The translations under genes were made by a program, and so were the position numbers. This document shows positions 48,265 through 56,941 of a DNA stretch of 64,000 nucleotides, piece by piece; within the stretch, counting starts at the first letter, position 1; the number at the start of each line of letters is the position of its first letter. The notes beneath the pieces were generated by a model. That model ran no database searches and was not told where the DNA came from. It saw only the letters and a program-made list of their open reading frames with translations. The stretch covers positions 32,001 through 96,000 of the IMG/VR virus record IMGVR_UViG_3300012928_000001; one strand, 5' to 3'. This DNA comes from a virus.

Positions 48265-48295
48265 CTACCGTAGCCCGAATGGGCTACGGAGTCAC
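48265..48295 (-). promoter_or_regulatory. conserved phage promoter, copy 9 (drives the RNA array)
   Basis: GTGACT-N17-TACGGT on minus strand; RNA A starts 5 nt after the -10. Confidence 0.75.
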
Positions 48296-48314
48296 AGATC
48301 GTCCGAGAAAAATC

Positions 48315-48920
48315 TCAGACTCCGAGGTTGGGCGGGTTGGGCTCGAAGACCACGCCCATCCGCTCGCGCTCGGTGGTGTCCTTGCCGAGCTCTTCGTAGA
48401 AGCGATCGAAGGTCGCTTGATCCTTCGTGAAGAGCGCGTACAGGTGAGGGTGCCGCGGCTGCGGCTGCAAGATGGGCGAGCCGCCGCCCTCGCGGTCCGG
48501 GGCGTAGGACTTGATCCGCGCGCGGAGCAGGCAGACGCTCGCCGCGAACTCGGGCAGGTAGGTGTGAAACCAGGCCCGGTCCGTGGCCGCCGGGAGCAGG
48601 GCCAGCACCGTCGAGCCGCGCTGGGCCTCGATCGACGCTTTCTGAACCCACCGGCTCAGCGGGTACCACTCGAAGTTGGGCTCTTCCTCGGGCCGGCGCT
48701 CGCCGTGCGTCGGGTTGAGCAACACGCGAGGACCCCAGGCCAAGCGCATCCCGTCGTTCTCCGCGGTGTCGCCAAAGCAGACCCGGTCGGCCTTGAGGAA
48801 CTGGTCCGGGTGACCGCACGGATCGTCGGTCGGCTGACCGCCGAGGATCCGATAGGCGCGCTCGCACTCTTCGGGCGGGAGTAGGTAGTCGTATTCGATG
48901 ATCTTGGGGGGCTTGCTCAT
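48315..48920 (-). CDS. phage N6-adenine MTase-like protein with variant catalytic motif
   Basis: DDPC, DGM..W..RVLLNPTH (NPPY position), WVQKA, LLPAATDRAWF. Confidence 0.7.
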   Translation of the reverse strand: MSKPPKIIEYDYLLPPEECERAYRILGGQPTDDPCGHPDQFLKADRVCFGDTAENDGMRLAWGPRVLLNPTHGERRPEEEPNFEWYPLSRWVQKASIEAQRGSTVLALLPAATDRAWFHTYLPEFAASVCLLRARIKSYAPDREGGGSPILQPQPRHPHLYALFTKDQATFDRFYEELGKDTTERERMGVVFEPNPPNLGV

Positions 48921-49327
48921 GGGCTTGCGTCCTCTTCCTGGGTGAAGCCGAGACACGCACTCACCGTGGTAAGCAGTAGCGGTGCCTCGACGATGGCGCG
49001 CCCGATCGTACATGCCTCGCGCATGAGACAATTCGGGCACAAGTGATTCTCGCTGCGCAGCGCTTCGAGTGCGCTCGCCGTGTCGGGAGTGTCGGTCTCG
49101 ACCGGGGCCGCGGACTCCCACAGAGCATCGAGCGCCTTGGCCTGTGTGGGATCGGTGTAGTCCGTGAATGTCGCCATGTTATCGCGGTCTGCCGCGTGCA
49201 TGCCAGCCATGGCATCCTCGGCAGTCTGCACGGCGAGTTGGGCGTTGTGAGCCTCGATCTCTCCTCGCTGCCCCTCGTCGCTCACCCACCGAACGATGGT
49301 GCCGTCAATCCACACTTGATATCGCAT
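48917..49327 (-). CDS. hypothetical protein with C-terminal Cys cluster
   Basis: CPNC...C...C; overlaps both neighbours. Confidence 0.6.
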   Translation of the reverse strand: MRYQVWIDGTIVRWVSDEGQRGEIEAHNAQLAVQTAEDAMAGMHAADRDNMATFTDYTDPTQAKALDALWESAAPVETDTPDTASALEALRSENHLCPNCLMREACTIGRAIVEAPLLLTTVSACLGFTQEEDASP

Positions 49328-49823
49328 CTTTTTCCCAGTAATCGCGGTAGTAGACCCCGAGGCCGATCCCGATCGCCGCGGCCTCGTCGTCGGGCATCTC
49401 TCGGGCGTACCGAGATCCAATGATCTCAGTGTACTCGGTTTTGCTGGCGTTGCCAGCCCCGCAGACAAGCTTTTTCCACACACCGACATTCACCTCGATC
49501 AAGGGAACGTCGAGGTCTCCCATCACGAGTTCTGTGTGCGCGTGCATGCCTCCCCACACGTGCGCGGATGCGGTGCTAGTGTGGCGCTTCACGCCCTCGA
49601 AGGCGCACACGATCTCGCGCTTGGGATGCTTCTCGCGGGTCTCTGTGACGAGCTGGGTCAGGTAGCGCCGGAGCAGCCACCATCGCCCCCACGAGAGCTT
49701 GGCCCACGCGCCGGCTTTCAGCTTGAACACGCCCGAGTCCAGGCACTCGACACCATCGAGCACGGCAAAGCCGTAGCTGTTGCCGTAGTCGGCACCGATG
49801 ATCAGCGGCCGGTTGTCAGCCAC
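49305..49823 (-). CDS. RuvC-like Holliday junction resolvase
   Basis: IIGADYG, AFEG, WKKLVCGAGNASK, DDEAAAIGI. Confidence 0.85.
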   Translation of the reverse strand: MADNRPLIIGADYGNSYGFAVLDGVECLDSGVFKLKAGAWAKLSWGRWWLLRRYLTQLVTETREKHPKREIVCAFEGVKRHTSTASAHVWGGMHAHTELVMGDLDVPLIEVNVGVWKKLVCGAGNASKTEYTEIIGSRYAREMPDDEAAAIGIGLGVYYRDYWEKDAISSVD

Positions 49824-50425
49824 TGATCGACCCTCGCGGTCACGGCATCCGCGACGCTGTAGATGCTGCCGTCGCCGTCGACGAGCCCGAGCCGGTCTGG
49901 GTGTCGCTCGCACAACGTAACGTAGGCCTCGCGCGCGCTCGACATGCGCTCGAAGTTCTCGAAGCGGTCGGGCTGCGCGTCGTCGCGGCTCAACATGCGA
50001 TTCAACGCGAGCCCCGGATCGAGATCGATGACCACGGTGAAGTCGGGCCGCGTGTTCTCCGGGGAGATGTGCGCGTGTGCTGGATTGTCGACGCCGTGGT
50101 AGGCGTAGGAGCTCCACACAGAGCGATCGGAGACAAAGACGAGCTCGCCCTCGCCCCCTTGCTTGTCGCGCGCGTCGGCTTGCCTCGCCATCATCATGCA
50201 GTGGATGATTCGGTCGGCCGCGAAAAGCACGTTGAGCTCGACCTCGCTGATCGTCGGCGCGATGAGCTGCTCACGGATGAGCTGCCCGATTGGTCCGTCC
50301 GTAGGCTCGCGGACCAATCGGGCGTCAAAGCCCGCGCGGGTGAGATGCTCGACCAGCAGCTGGGTTTGGGTCCCCTTGCCGCATCCGTCGATGCCCTCGA
50401 CCGCGATGTGCGTGTAGGCCCTCAC
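49802..50425 (-). CDS. tmk: thymidylate kinase
   Basis: IAVEGIDGCGKGTQ, REP, LFAADR, SDR...SSYAY. Confidence 0.95.
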   Translation of the reverse strand: MRAYTHIAVEGIDGCGKGTQTQLLVEHLTRAGFDARLVREPTDGPIGQLIREQLIAPTISEVELNVLFAADRIIHCMMMARQADARDKQGGEGELVFVSDRSVWSSYAYHGVDNPAHAHISPENTRPDFTVVIDLDPGLALNRMLSRDDAQPDRFENFERMSSAREAYVTLCERHPDRLGLVDGDGSIYSVADAVTARVDQWLTTGR

Positions 50426-50637
50426 TTGGCCTTGAGCTCCGCGTCGATGGTCTCCTCAGGGGGAAGGGCCATGAACTCGGGGATCGTCATGGTCCCGAGG
50501 TACCGGTCGCCACGCGTGACCACGTAGCGACAAGCGGCGGCACGGTCGAGCTCCTCACGCTCGGCCAGACGACGCGCGGCGACGGGATCCCCCGCAGCGG
50601 CGCGCATTTCGATGGTAGTGGCGTCGGTGTACATCAT
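50422..50637 (-). CDS. hypothetical protein
   Basis: GTGA overlap with tmk. Confidence 0.5.
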   Translation of the reverse strand: MMYTDATTIEMRAAAGDPVAARRLAEREELDRAAACRYVVTRGDRYLGTMTIPEFMALPPEETIDAELKAK

Positions 50638-50640
50638 GGC

Positions 50641-50670
50641 AAAACTCCCGGTGACTGGATCACCGGGAGT
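50641..50670 (-). terminator. intrinsic terminator
   Basis: ACTCCCGGTGA/TCACCGGGAGT hairpin with T tract on minus strand. Confidence 0.7.
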
Positions 50671-50693
50671 CTGGCACAGATGTCTTGATCCGG

Positions 50694-52115
50694 CTAGTCG
50701 CGGACCCAGATTTTTTCGCCGTAGTTGATCTTGCTGTCGTATCCGCCGCCCTCGACCCAGGGCTCGCACGCATGGTCGCCGACGAGGACCCAGATCACCT
50801 TGAAGCCCTTCGGCGGGAGCGCGGGGCCAGGTCCTCCGCCGTCGGTGAGGACCACGAGCAGGTTCACGTCGTCGAGCCTCTCGACCGCCTCGAAGATCGG
50901 GGTGAAGTAGGTCCCCCCGCCGCCCTTCAAGCTCTTGCCGAGCTCCGTCCAGCTGTGGACTTTCTTGGCGCCGCCGTGGACCTTGGCGTCGCAGCTCAGG
51001 AACTGGATGTCGTCGACCTCTTCGAGGATGCCCTTGCACTCCGCGAGCGCGAGCGCGAGATCGTCTTGTCCCATGCTCCCCGACGTGTCGACCGCGACCG
51101 CGACCTTGGGTTGCATGCCCACCATGGTGGGCAGGATGGGGTGCCCGGGGCCGTAGCCCAGGGCGCCCTGTTGACGCGAGGGGCGGTGCAGGGAGTAGTC
51201 CATCATCCCCGCGATGTGCTGCACCGCGCCGCGCAGGGTCTTGCGGAGCTCATCCTGCCAGCGGATCTTTGGCGGCTTGATCTTGTCCTCCGCCCAGACC
51301 GCCCAGCCCTTGGGGACCGAGCCGCGCCCGTTTTGCTTGGCGTAGCTCTGGACCTGCTCCGCGGTTTCCTTGCGGAGCTGCTCCAGCTCCGACTCGCTGC
51401 GCCCGCCCTCGGTCGGGTTGGCCCCGTTGCCGGCCCCGTCGTTGGCGATGCCCTCGCCGTCTCCGTCGCCGTTGCCGTTGCCGTCGCCGTTGCCGTCGCC
51501 CTGTCCTGGGTTCCCGCTGCCGTCGCTCGTGTAGTTCTCCTCGCCGGGGAGCGGGTTCCCAGCTCCGCCGCCGCACATGCCCGAGCCCGGGCGCGCGCCC
51601 GGGACGGCCTTGGGCGGATTGTCCATGGCGAGCAGCGCGTGATAGTAGACGACTTCCGGCAATCCGGTTTCCATGGGTTCCATGGTCTGCGGATGCGTGA
51701 TCTTGTGGGGCAACATGTCCGACGGTAGCGGCTTCAACCCCGCGGCGATCAAGTCGTCATTGATCGCCGCGTCATAGGCCAGATTCGCAATCTGCGGATT
51801 CCACCCATTGGCGATCGTCATGGTGACGTGATCTCGAATGATGTGCATCGTCTCGTGCAGCAGCCCGAACTCGACATCCGCGAGTGACCACTTTTCGATG
51901 ACATCGGGATCGTAGAGCAAGATCGCCGTGCGCGTGACCGCCATGCCGGCGCCCATCTTGGCCATCATGCCGGGCACGGCTCGGGGGATGAGACTGAGCA
52001 GCGCCGTGCCGAAGTAGGGGAGTCGACGACGCGCGATGAATCGCGCCGTCATGATTTTCTGATCGTGCGACAGGTGTTCGGCGTTGGCGTTGGTGAAGCG
52101 GCTTCGACGGCTCAT
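50694..52115 (-). CDS. DUF2201-type metallopeptidase + vWA domain protein
   Basis: LLHETMH, NLAYDAAIN, VDTSGSM, GGGT.F, LTDG. Confidence 0.92.
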   Translation of the reverse strand: MSRRSRFTNANAEHLSHDQKIMTARFIARRRLPYFGTALLSLIPRAVPGMMAKMGAGMAVTRTAILLYDPDVIEKWSLADVEFGLLHETMHIIRDHVTMTIANGWNPQIANLAYDAAINDDLIAAGLKPLPSDMLPHKITHPQTMEPMETGLPEVVYYHALLAMDNPPKAVPGARPGSGMCGGGAGNPLPGEENYTSDGSGNPGQGDGNGDGNGNGDGDGEGIANDGAGNGANPTEGGRSESELEQLRKETAEQVQSYAKQNGRGSVPKGWAVWAEDKIKPPKIRWQDELRKTLRGAVQHIAGMMDYSLHRPSRQQGALGYGPGHPILPTMVGMQPKVAVAVDTSGSMGQDDLALALAECKGILEEVDDIQFLSCDAKVHGGAKKVHSWTELGKSLKGGGGTYFTPIFEAVERLDDVNLLVVLTDGGGPGPALPPKGFKVIWVLVGDHACEPWVEGGGYDSKINYGEKIWVRD

Positions 52116-53020
52116 ACTTTACTGTAGGCCGAAAGCGCCTGTCGGTCACAGAATAGCATCGCAGTATCTTCGAGTCCTTGATTGAGCGCCGCGATCACGT
52201 GCGCGAGATGCTTTTCGGATTTGCGGTGTGCTAGGGTCGCTTTGGACCTACAGAGCACGCACGCTGTGTCGATTTTGGGTGGAGGCGGATCGTTGACGTG
52301 CGACTCGTCGCGTTGGTACACGCTTTTCGCCATGCGCTTGACGCCGTTGTGGTACAGCCGCCACCGCGGCATCGGGCCAGGGCAGAACACCGCAACTTGG
52401 TAGTTGTGGTCAACTTTGATGATCCACTTGGGCGGGTAGCGAATCCTCGGTGTCGTCGAGAGCATGGGCTGCACACCGGGCATGTCCTCGATCGTCACGG
52501 GCATACGCTGATCAGTCCCGTTGGTAAGCCGTCGCTGTATGAGCTCCTTAGCCCGCGCTTTGGTGAGCTGGAACTGACCCCACTGGACGCGCGCCGGTTG
52601 CTTGCGTTGCAGGCGCGAGCGTGCACGCCGAATATGTAGTGCCTGTTTGCGCAAGGCCAGGGCCACGTTCTGCAACATGCCCAATCCAGCGTTGTCTTCG
52701 AATACAGCCTTACCGGTGTATGCTGACACCTGGGCCAGCTCAGACACTGGGCCGTCTTCGATGATGTGTGCTTTGACTTTCTCGATTATTCCAAAGCACG
52801 ATTCGTTGAATACCTCGGGCTCTGCGATCGCGCTGAGAGCCCCGATCGAGTCCCCCGAGAACCGATCATAGCATTCTGAGTACACACCGAGCAGCTGCAT
52901 CCTCCCGGACACCGTGAAGCGCACGTCGTGCTCACCGTCAGGGTGATAGGGGCAAGGCACCCGCACCGTAACGGTGAGCTCCGTCTGATCTACTCGCCAA
53001 CTCTGTTTGCGCTTGGCCAT
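52112..53020 (-). CDS. hypothetical protein (C-terminal C2H2-like motif)
   Basis: MAKRKQ... ORF; CVLC...H..SEKH. Confidence 0.6.
   Translation of the reverse strand: MAKRKQSWRVDQTELTVTVRVPCPYHPDGEHDVRFTVSGRMQLLGVYSECYDRFSGDSIGALSAIAEPEVFNESCFGIIEKVKAHIIEDGPVSELAQVSAYTGKAVFEDNAGLGMLQNVALALRKQALHIRRARSRLQRKQPARVQWGQFQLTKARAKELIQRRLTNGTDQRMPVTIEDMPGVQPMLSTTPRIRYPPKWIIKVDHNYQVAVFCPGPMPRWRLYHNGVKRMAKSVYQRDESHVNDPPPPKIDTACVLCRSKATLAHRKSEKHLAHVIAALNQGLEDTAMLFCDRQALSAYSKV
52119..52149 (-). promoter_or_regulatory. conserved phage promoter, copy 10
   Basis: GTGACC-N17-TACAGT; ATG 5 nt downstream. Confidence 0.75.
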
Positions 53021-53021
53021 A

Positions 53022-53088
53022 TGAGCCGACAGGGAATCGAACCCCGCACGCACGGAAGCCATCGCCCGTGGTCCCCAGGACTCAGCCC
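53022..53088 (-). ncRNA. minimal tRNA-like element
   Basis: GGGCTGA/TCGGCTC acceptor, GTCC-TGG-GGAC, CACGG/CCGTG stem, CGGGG-TTCGATT-CCCTG T arm. Confidence 0.6.
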
Positions 53089-53118
53089 GAAAAGGTGCCG
53101 CCCCGGAGGGCGGCGAGC

Positions 53119-54324
53119 TCAGTAGAGGTTCATCAGGCCCGCGGCTTCGAGCATCGGCCGGAGGGCGCCGACCTGGGTGGCCCCGTGGACGCCGATCAGG
53201 CCGCGGTCGATCAGGACCTTGGCGGGATGCAGCGCCGCGTCGCCGGCCGTCTTCGAGACCTCGCCGATGAGGCGCCACAAGGCCTGCCCTCGCGCGTCGC
53301 GGTTGGGGCAGTCGTCGGAGCCCACGAGGGTCGCGCAGCTCCGCATCACCGCTTGGGTGATGTCGGGGCGATCCTTGCGGTGCTTCCAGGTGACCTTGCC
53401 GTCGAGCAGGTCGGTCGTCTTGGGCAAGTCGAGCCTGTTGCGGTAGGCGACGTACTCGCCGTGCACCTTCGAGCCCACGAAGCTGGCCATGAGCGCGTCG
53501 ATCTGCGCGGGCGAACACCCGTTCGCGTAGCCGGCGGCCTGGGCCCGGATCGCCATCTCCCACGAGCGCGCCGAGGGCCACGCCCCCGCGGCGCTGGGGT
53601 CGGTCGCCTTGGGCATGCGGTTGAGCAGCTCGGTGCGGTTCTCGATGAACGCCGTCACGACGCCCGCCGACTGGGCGTAGGCCTCGGGCCACGCCTTGCG
53701 CATGCGGGTGGTCTCGGTGGCGTAGCGCTCGGCCATCTCCTCGGTCGACGGCTTGGGCTGCCCGGAGCTGCCGCCCGCGATCATGTAGGCCGACCACTGC
53801 CGCGCCGACGCCCCGGCGAAGTTGGTGTGTCCGAAGCGGTTGGCGAGGGCGGGCGTCAGATCGTAGCCGCCGCTCGCCATCTCGGGCGGGTTGGCGTCGA
53901 GCAGGAAGCGGACCCCCGGGGGGAGGTGGAACCCGCCGACGACACCTTCGTTCACGACGCGGAGCAGGGCGCCCTGGGTCGCGGGCGTGCAGGTCGTGAC
54001 TTCGTTGATCAAGATGATCACGCCCATGCCCGCCTCGACGGCGCGCGCCGCCTCGACGGCCCAGTCGGGCACGGCGAAGCGCGTGATCATGACGTCTTGA
54101 CCCATGAGCTTGGTACGCTCCGGGATCGGCAGACCCAGGAAGTCACTGGGCTGCATGAGCGCGGCGGACAGGGTGATCACGACCATTCCCAGGCTCTCGC
54201 CGATCTGGCGGAGGATCCCGGTCTTGCCGACGCCGGGGACGCCCATGGTGAGGATGGGCAGACCCTCGCGGTCGTTGAGCCCCTCGGCGAGTAGTGCGGT
54301 CTCGATGATTTTGTGACTGAACAT
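53119..54324 (-). CDS. MoxR-like AAA+ ATPase
   Basis: GVPGVGKT, ILINE (Walker B variant), ANPPE, ALANRF, PSARSWE. Confidence 0.92.
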   Translation of the reverse strand: MFSHKIIETALLAEGLNDREGLPILTMGVPGVGKTGILRQIGESLGMVVITLSAALMQPSDFLGLPIPERTKLMGQDVMITRFAVPDWAVEAARAVEAGMGVIILINEVTTCTPATQGALLRVVNEGVVGGFHLPPGVRFLLDANPPEMASGGYDLTPALANRFGHTNFAGASARQWSAYMIAGGSSGQPKPSTEEMAERYATETTRMRKAWPEAYAQSAGVVTAFIENRTELLNRMPKATDPSAAGAWPSARSWEMAIRAQAAGYANGCSPAQIDALMASFVGSKVHGEYVAYRNRLDLPKTTDLLDGKVTWKHRKDRPDITQAVMRSCATLVGSDDCPNRDARGQALWRLIGEVSKTAGDAALHPAKVLIDRGLIGVHGATQVGALRPMLEAAGLMNLY

Positions 54325-54366
54325 GGCTTCTCGTTTTTCTCCGCCGGGTGATGTTGCGGCGGTGAC

Positions 54367-54397
54367 CTACTGTAGGCCGTTCGGAAGTGCGACGCAC
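54367..54397 (-). promoter_or_regulatory. conserved phage promoter, copy 11
   Basis: GTGCGT-cgca...ggcc-TACAGT with 17-nt spacer, at the divergence point. Confidence 0.7.
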
Positions 54398-54546
54398 AAC
54401 TCGCACAACTTTTTTTCAAAAAGGGACTAGACACGCGCAACTGTCCGTGCAACATTTCGAGTCCACCAACCGAAACCGAGCGCAAGAGAATGGCACAACG
54501 GAAACGCCGACTCCCACCGCCTCGCATCGAAGAACGACGAGTCAAC

Positions 54547-55089
54547 ATGAGCACCGACACCACCCCCGAGACCCCCCAGGCCCAGGCCGCCCCCAAGACC
54601 AAGCGCACGCGTCAGCCCGCCCACATCGAGTACGCCGGTCGCATCGACAGCTTCGTCGATCGCGTCGGCGGGGCCGAGCGCAAGAAGACCCTGCTGTCCG
54701 ACCTCGACACCTGGATCCTCCACGCCACCGACGACAAGGTCAAGGCCACGCTGACCGAGCTCCGCGAGCAGGCCGAGCAGATGAACAAGCTGGGCCAGGC
54801 GATGTCCCTGACCCTCGTGAACCTCCCCGACGGCTTCTACAAGAAGCCCTCCCGGAAGGCCCCCAAGAAGGCCGAGGTGACGCCCTTCACCGTCGGCTGC
54901 ACGCTGCGGGTCAAGGACGAGTACCGCACCGCGAGCTCGCCCTACGAGCGACTCGGCATGCCCTACGACGGGCTGGTCTACCTCGGCGACCGGGCGAAGT
55001 TCGTCCGCGTCTCCTACACCGGCCCCGACGGCAAGGAAGAGCAGTCGATGTTGCCCCGCAACAACGTCGAGCTCATGCCCGCGGGCTGA
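54547..55089 (+). CDS. hypothetical protein
   Basis: Strong GC3 bias. Confidence 0.75.
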   Translation: MSTDTTPETPQAQAAPKTKRTRQPAHIEYAGRIDSFVDRVGGAERKKTLLSDLDTWILHATDDKVKATLTELREQAEQMNKLGQAMSLTLVNLPDGFYKKPSRKAPKKAEVTPFTVGCTLRVKDEYRTASSPYERLGMPYDGLVYLGDRAKFVRVSYTGPDGKEEQSMLPRNNVELMPAG

Positions 55090-55128
55090 TCCTCGATCGA
55101 GCCCCGGGCGTGCCCGGGGCTCCCCCAT

Positions 55129-55199
55129 GACCGCGTACGCCAACGGTAGAGCGCAGAACTAGCTAGTCTGGGTTGCGGGTTCGAATCCCGCCGCGGATC
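55129..55199 (+). tRNA. degenerate tRNA / pseudo-tRNA (apparent anticodon AGC)
   Basis: CCGCG/CGCGG acceptor core, D loop AACGGTA, CAGA/TCTG stem, GCGGG-TTCGAAT-CCCGC; mismatches at stem ends, no CCA. Confidence 0.6.
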
Positions 55200-55280
55200 G
55201 ATGTAAAGGCCGGATGATCTCCGGCCTTGTTTAGGCCCCACCTGCACAACTAACACAACTTCACAACGAACGACGAATCC

Positions 55281-56177
55281 ATGACCACCGAATCCCCACT
55301 CTCGAAAGACGTGTTCGCGCTCAGCGAGCACAACAACTGCTCTGGCGCGCTCGTGTACTGGAGTCTCTCCAGCGGCACGAACGGCCCCGCCCTGATCGAC
55401 GCCCTCGAAGGCCAAGGCCTGCGCGCCGCCGACGGGCCCAAGCTCCCCGCGCCCGCGCGGTGCCTGACCCGCGCGGCGAAGGCCATCGCCCAGGAGCAGC
55501 GCGGCTCGATCCACCGACACAACGGCGTGTTGTGGTGCGTCGACAGCGAGGCCCTCGAAGTCGACGGCGCCCCGGTCTACCGCGCCAGCTGGGGCGTCAA
55601 GCTGGGTGAGATCGGGATGCCCGAGTGGTACCCGGGCCACCGCGGCGAGGCATCGGACGCGACCCGCGAGAACCTGCGCGACCGCTACATGTCGCTACTC
55701 GACGGCGAGCTCTCCACGGGTGACGTGTCCTCGTGGCTGCTCGACACGACCGAGCGCATGTTCGGCCTCATGCTGCGCCGCACGGGCGGGATCTACTTCA
55801 TCCCGCACTCGACCCTCGACGACTTCACGAAGCGCGTGCAGGCGCTGCACAGCGTGAGCGCCTGCAAGGTCTACATGATCCCGGCCATGCACGCGAGCAT
55901 GGGCGTCGCGGCCCTCGTCGACGCGCTCGCGGCCGAGGTGGCCGAGCTCGCGGATCGGACCTTCGCGGAGCTCGACTCCGGCGACCTGGGAGCCCGCGCC
56001 ATCGAGACCCGGACCCGCCGGGCTGAGGCCCTGCTCGGCAAGGTCGAGCACTTCGAGAAGCTGCTCGACACGTCCCTCGACGAGCTCACGGAGCGCGCCA
56101 AAAAGCTGGCCGCGGCCTCGACCGCGGCTCACATCGCGGCCATGTCCAAGGCCGACGCCGGGATCAGCCCGACCTGA
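55281..56177 (+). CDS. DUF6744/DUF3150-like protein
   Basis: GALVYWSL, LRRTGGIYFIP, helical C-terminus. Confidence 0.7.
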   Translation: MTTESPLSKDVFALSEHNNCSGALVYWSLSSGTNGPALIDALEGQGLRAADGPKLPAPARCLTRAAKAIAQEQRGSIHRHNGVLWCVDSEALEVDGAPVYRASWGVKLGEIGMPEWYPGHRGEASDATRENLRDRYMSLLDGELSTGDVSSWLLDTTERMFGLMLRRTGGIYFIPHSTLDDFTKRVQALHSVSACKVYMIPAMHASMGVAALVDALAAEVAELADRTFAELDSGDLGARAIETRTRRAEALLGKVEHFEKLLDTSLDELTERAKKLAAASTAAHIAAMSKADAGISPT

Positions 56178-56275
56178 AAACGGGCGAGAGGACGGGTTGA
56201 CGCCCGTCCTTTCTTGCGGTACACCTGCACAACTACCACAACTTGCACATCTCCATCGACCAAAGATCACTCGCC

Positions 56276-56941
56276 ATGTACACGCCCACCGCCAACGAAG
56301 TTCACGAAATCGCCGAAGCCGTCGCCAAGTATTGGCGCACCCGCGGGATCACTTTCTACCCGTACAACGATCTCTATCAGGACGCTTGCCTTGCGATCTT
56401 GGAGGCCGCGCGCAAGTTCGATGAGGACCACGGCGCGACGTTCAGGAACTACGCCTACACCGTCGCGTCGCGGGCGACCCGGGCGAGCTTCACCCGCGCC
56501 CGCGTGGCGGTGTCCGGGCGCTCGAACGGCGCAACGACGACCCTGGGCAAGGCGCACAACACCGCCGACATGGACAAGGCCGCGACCCGCGTCGTGAACA
56601 ACACCGGATTCAACGGCCTCGATTTCGACGCGGTGCTCGCCGCGGTCGAGATCACCGACCAGGTATTCGAGCGCCTCGACTTGTTGTGCGAGAAAGACTC
56701 CAGCATCGCCTACGTGCGCCCGTGCCTGACCTACGAATGCGCGCCCGAGGATCTGCTCAACGAAGAAGAGGGCTGGACCAAAGACAGGATCCGCGTGGCC
56801 TGTCAGCGTGCGCGCCGACACCTTCGCCGCTCCCCGGAGCTGCGCCGCTACGCGGAGGAAGTCCGCGAGCTCTGTGACACAGGGCTCCGCCTCGCGGCGG
56901 CCGACATGACCACGACGCTTTGGGACTCCGCCACGGCCTGA
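56276..56941 (+). CDS. sigma70-family RNA polymerase sigma factor
   Basis: Region 2 DLYQDACLAILEAARKFDEDHGATFRNYAY; region-4-like C-terminus. Confidence 0.82.
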   Translation: MYTPTANEVHEIAEAVAKYWRTRGITFYPYNDLYQDACLAILEAARKFDEDHGATFRNYAYTVASRATRASFTRARVAVSGRSNGATTTLGKAHNTADMDKAATRVVNNTGFNGLDFDAVLAAVEITDQVFERLDLLCEKDSSIAYVRPCLTYECAPEDLLNEEEGWTKDRIRVACQRARRHLRRSPELRRYAEEVRELCDTGLRLAAADMTTTLWDSATA

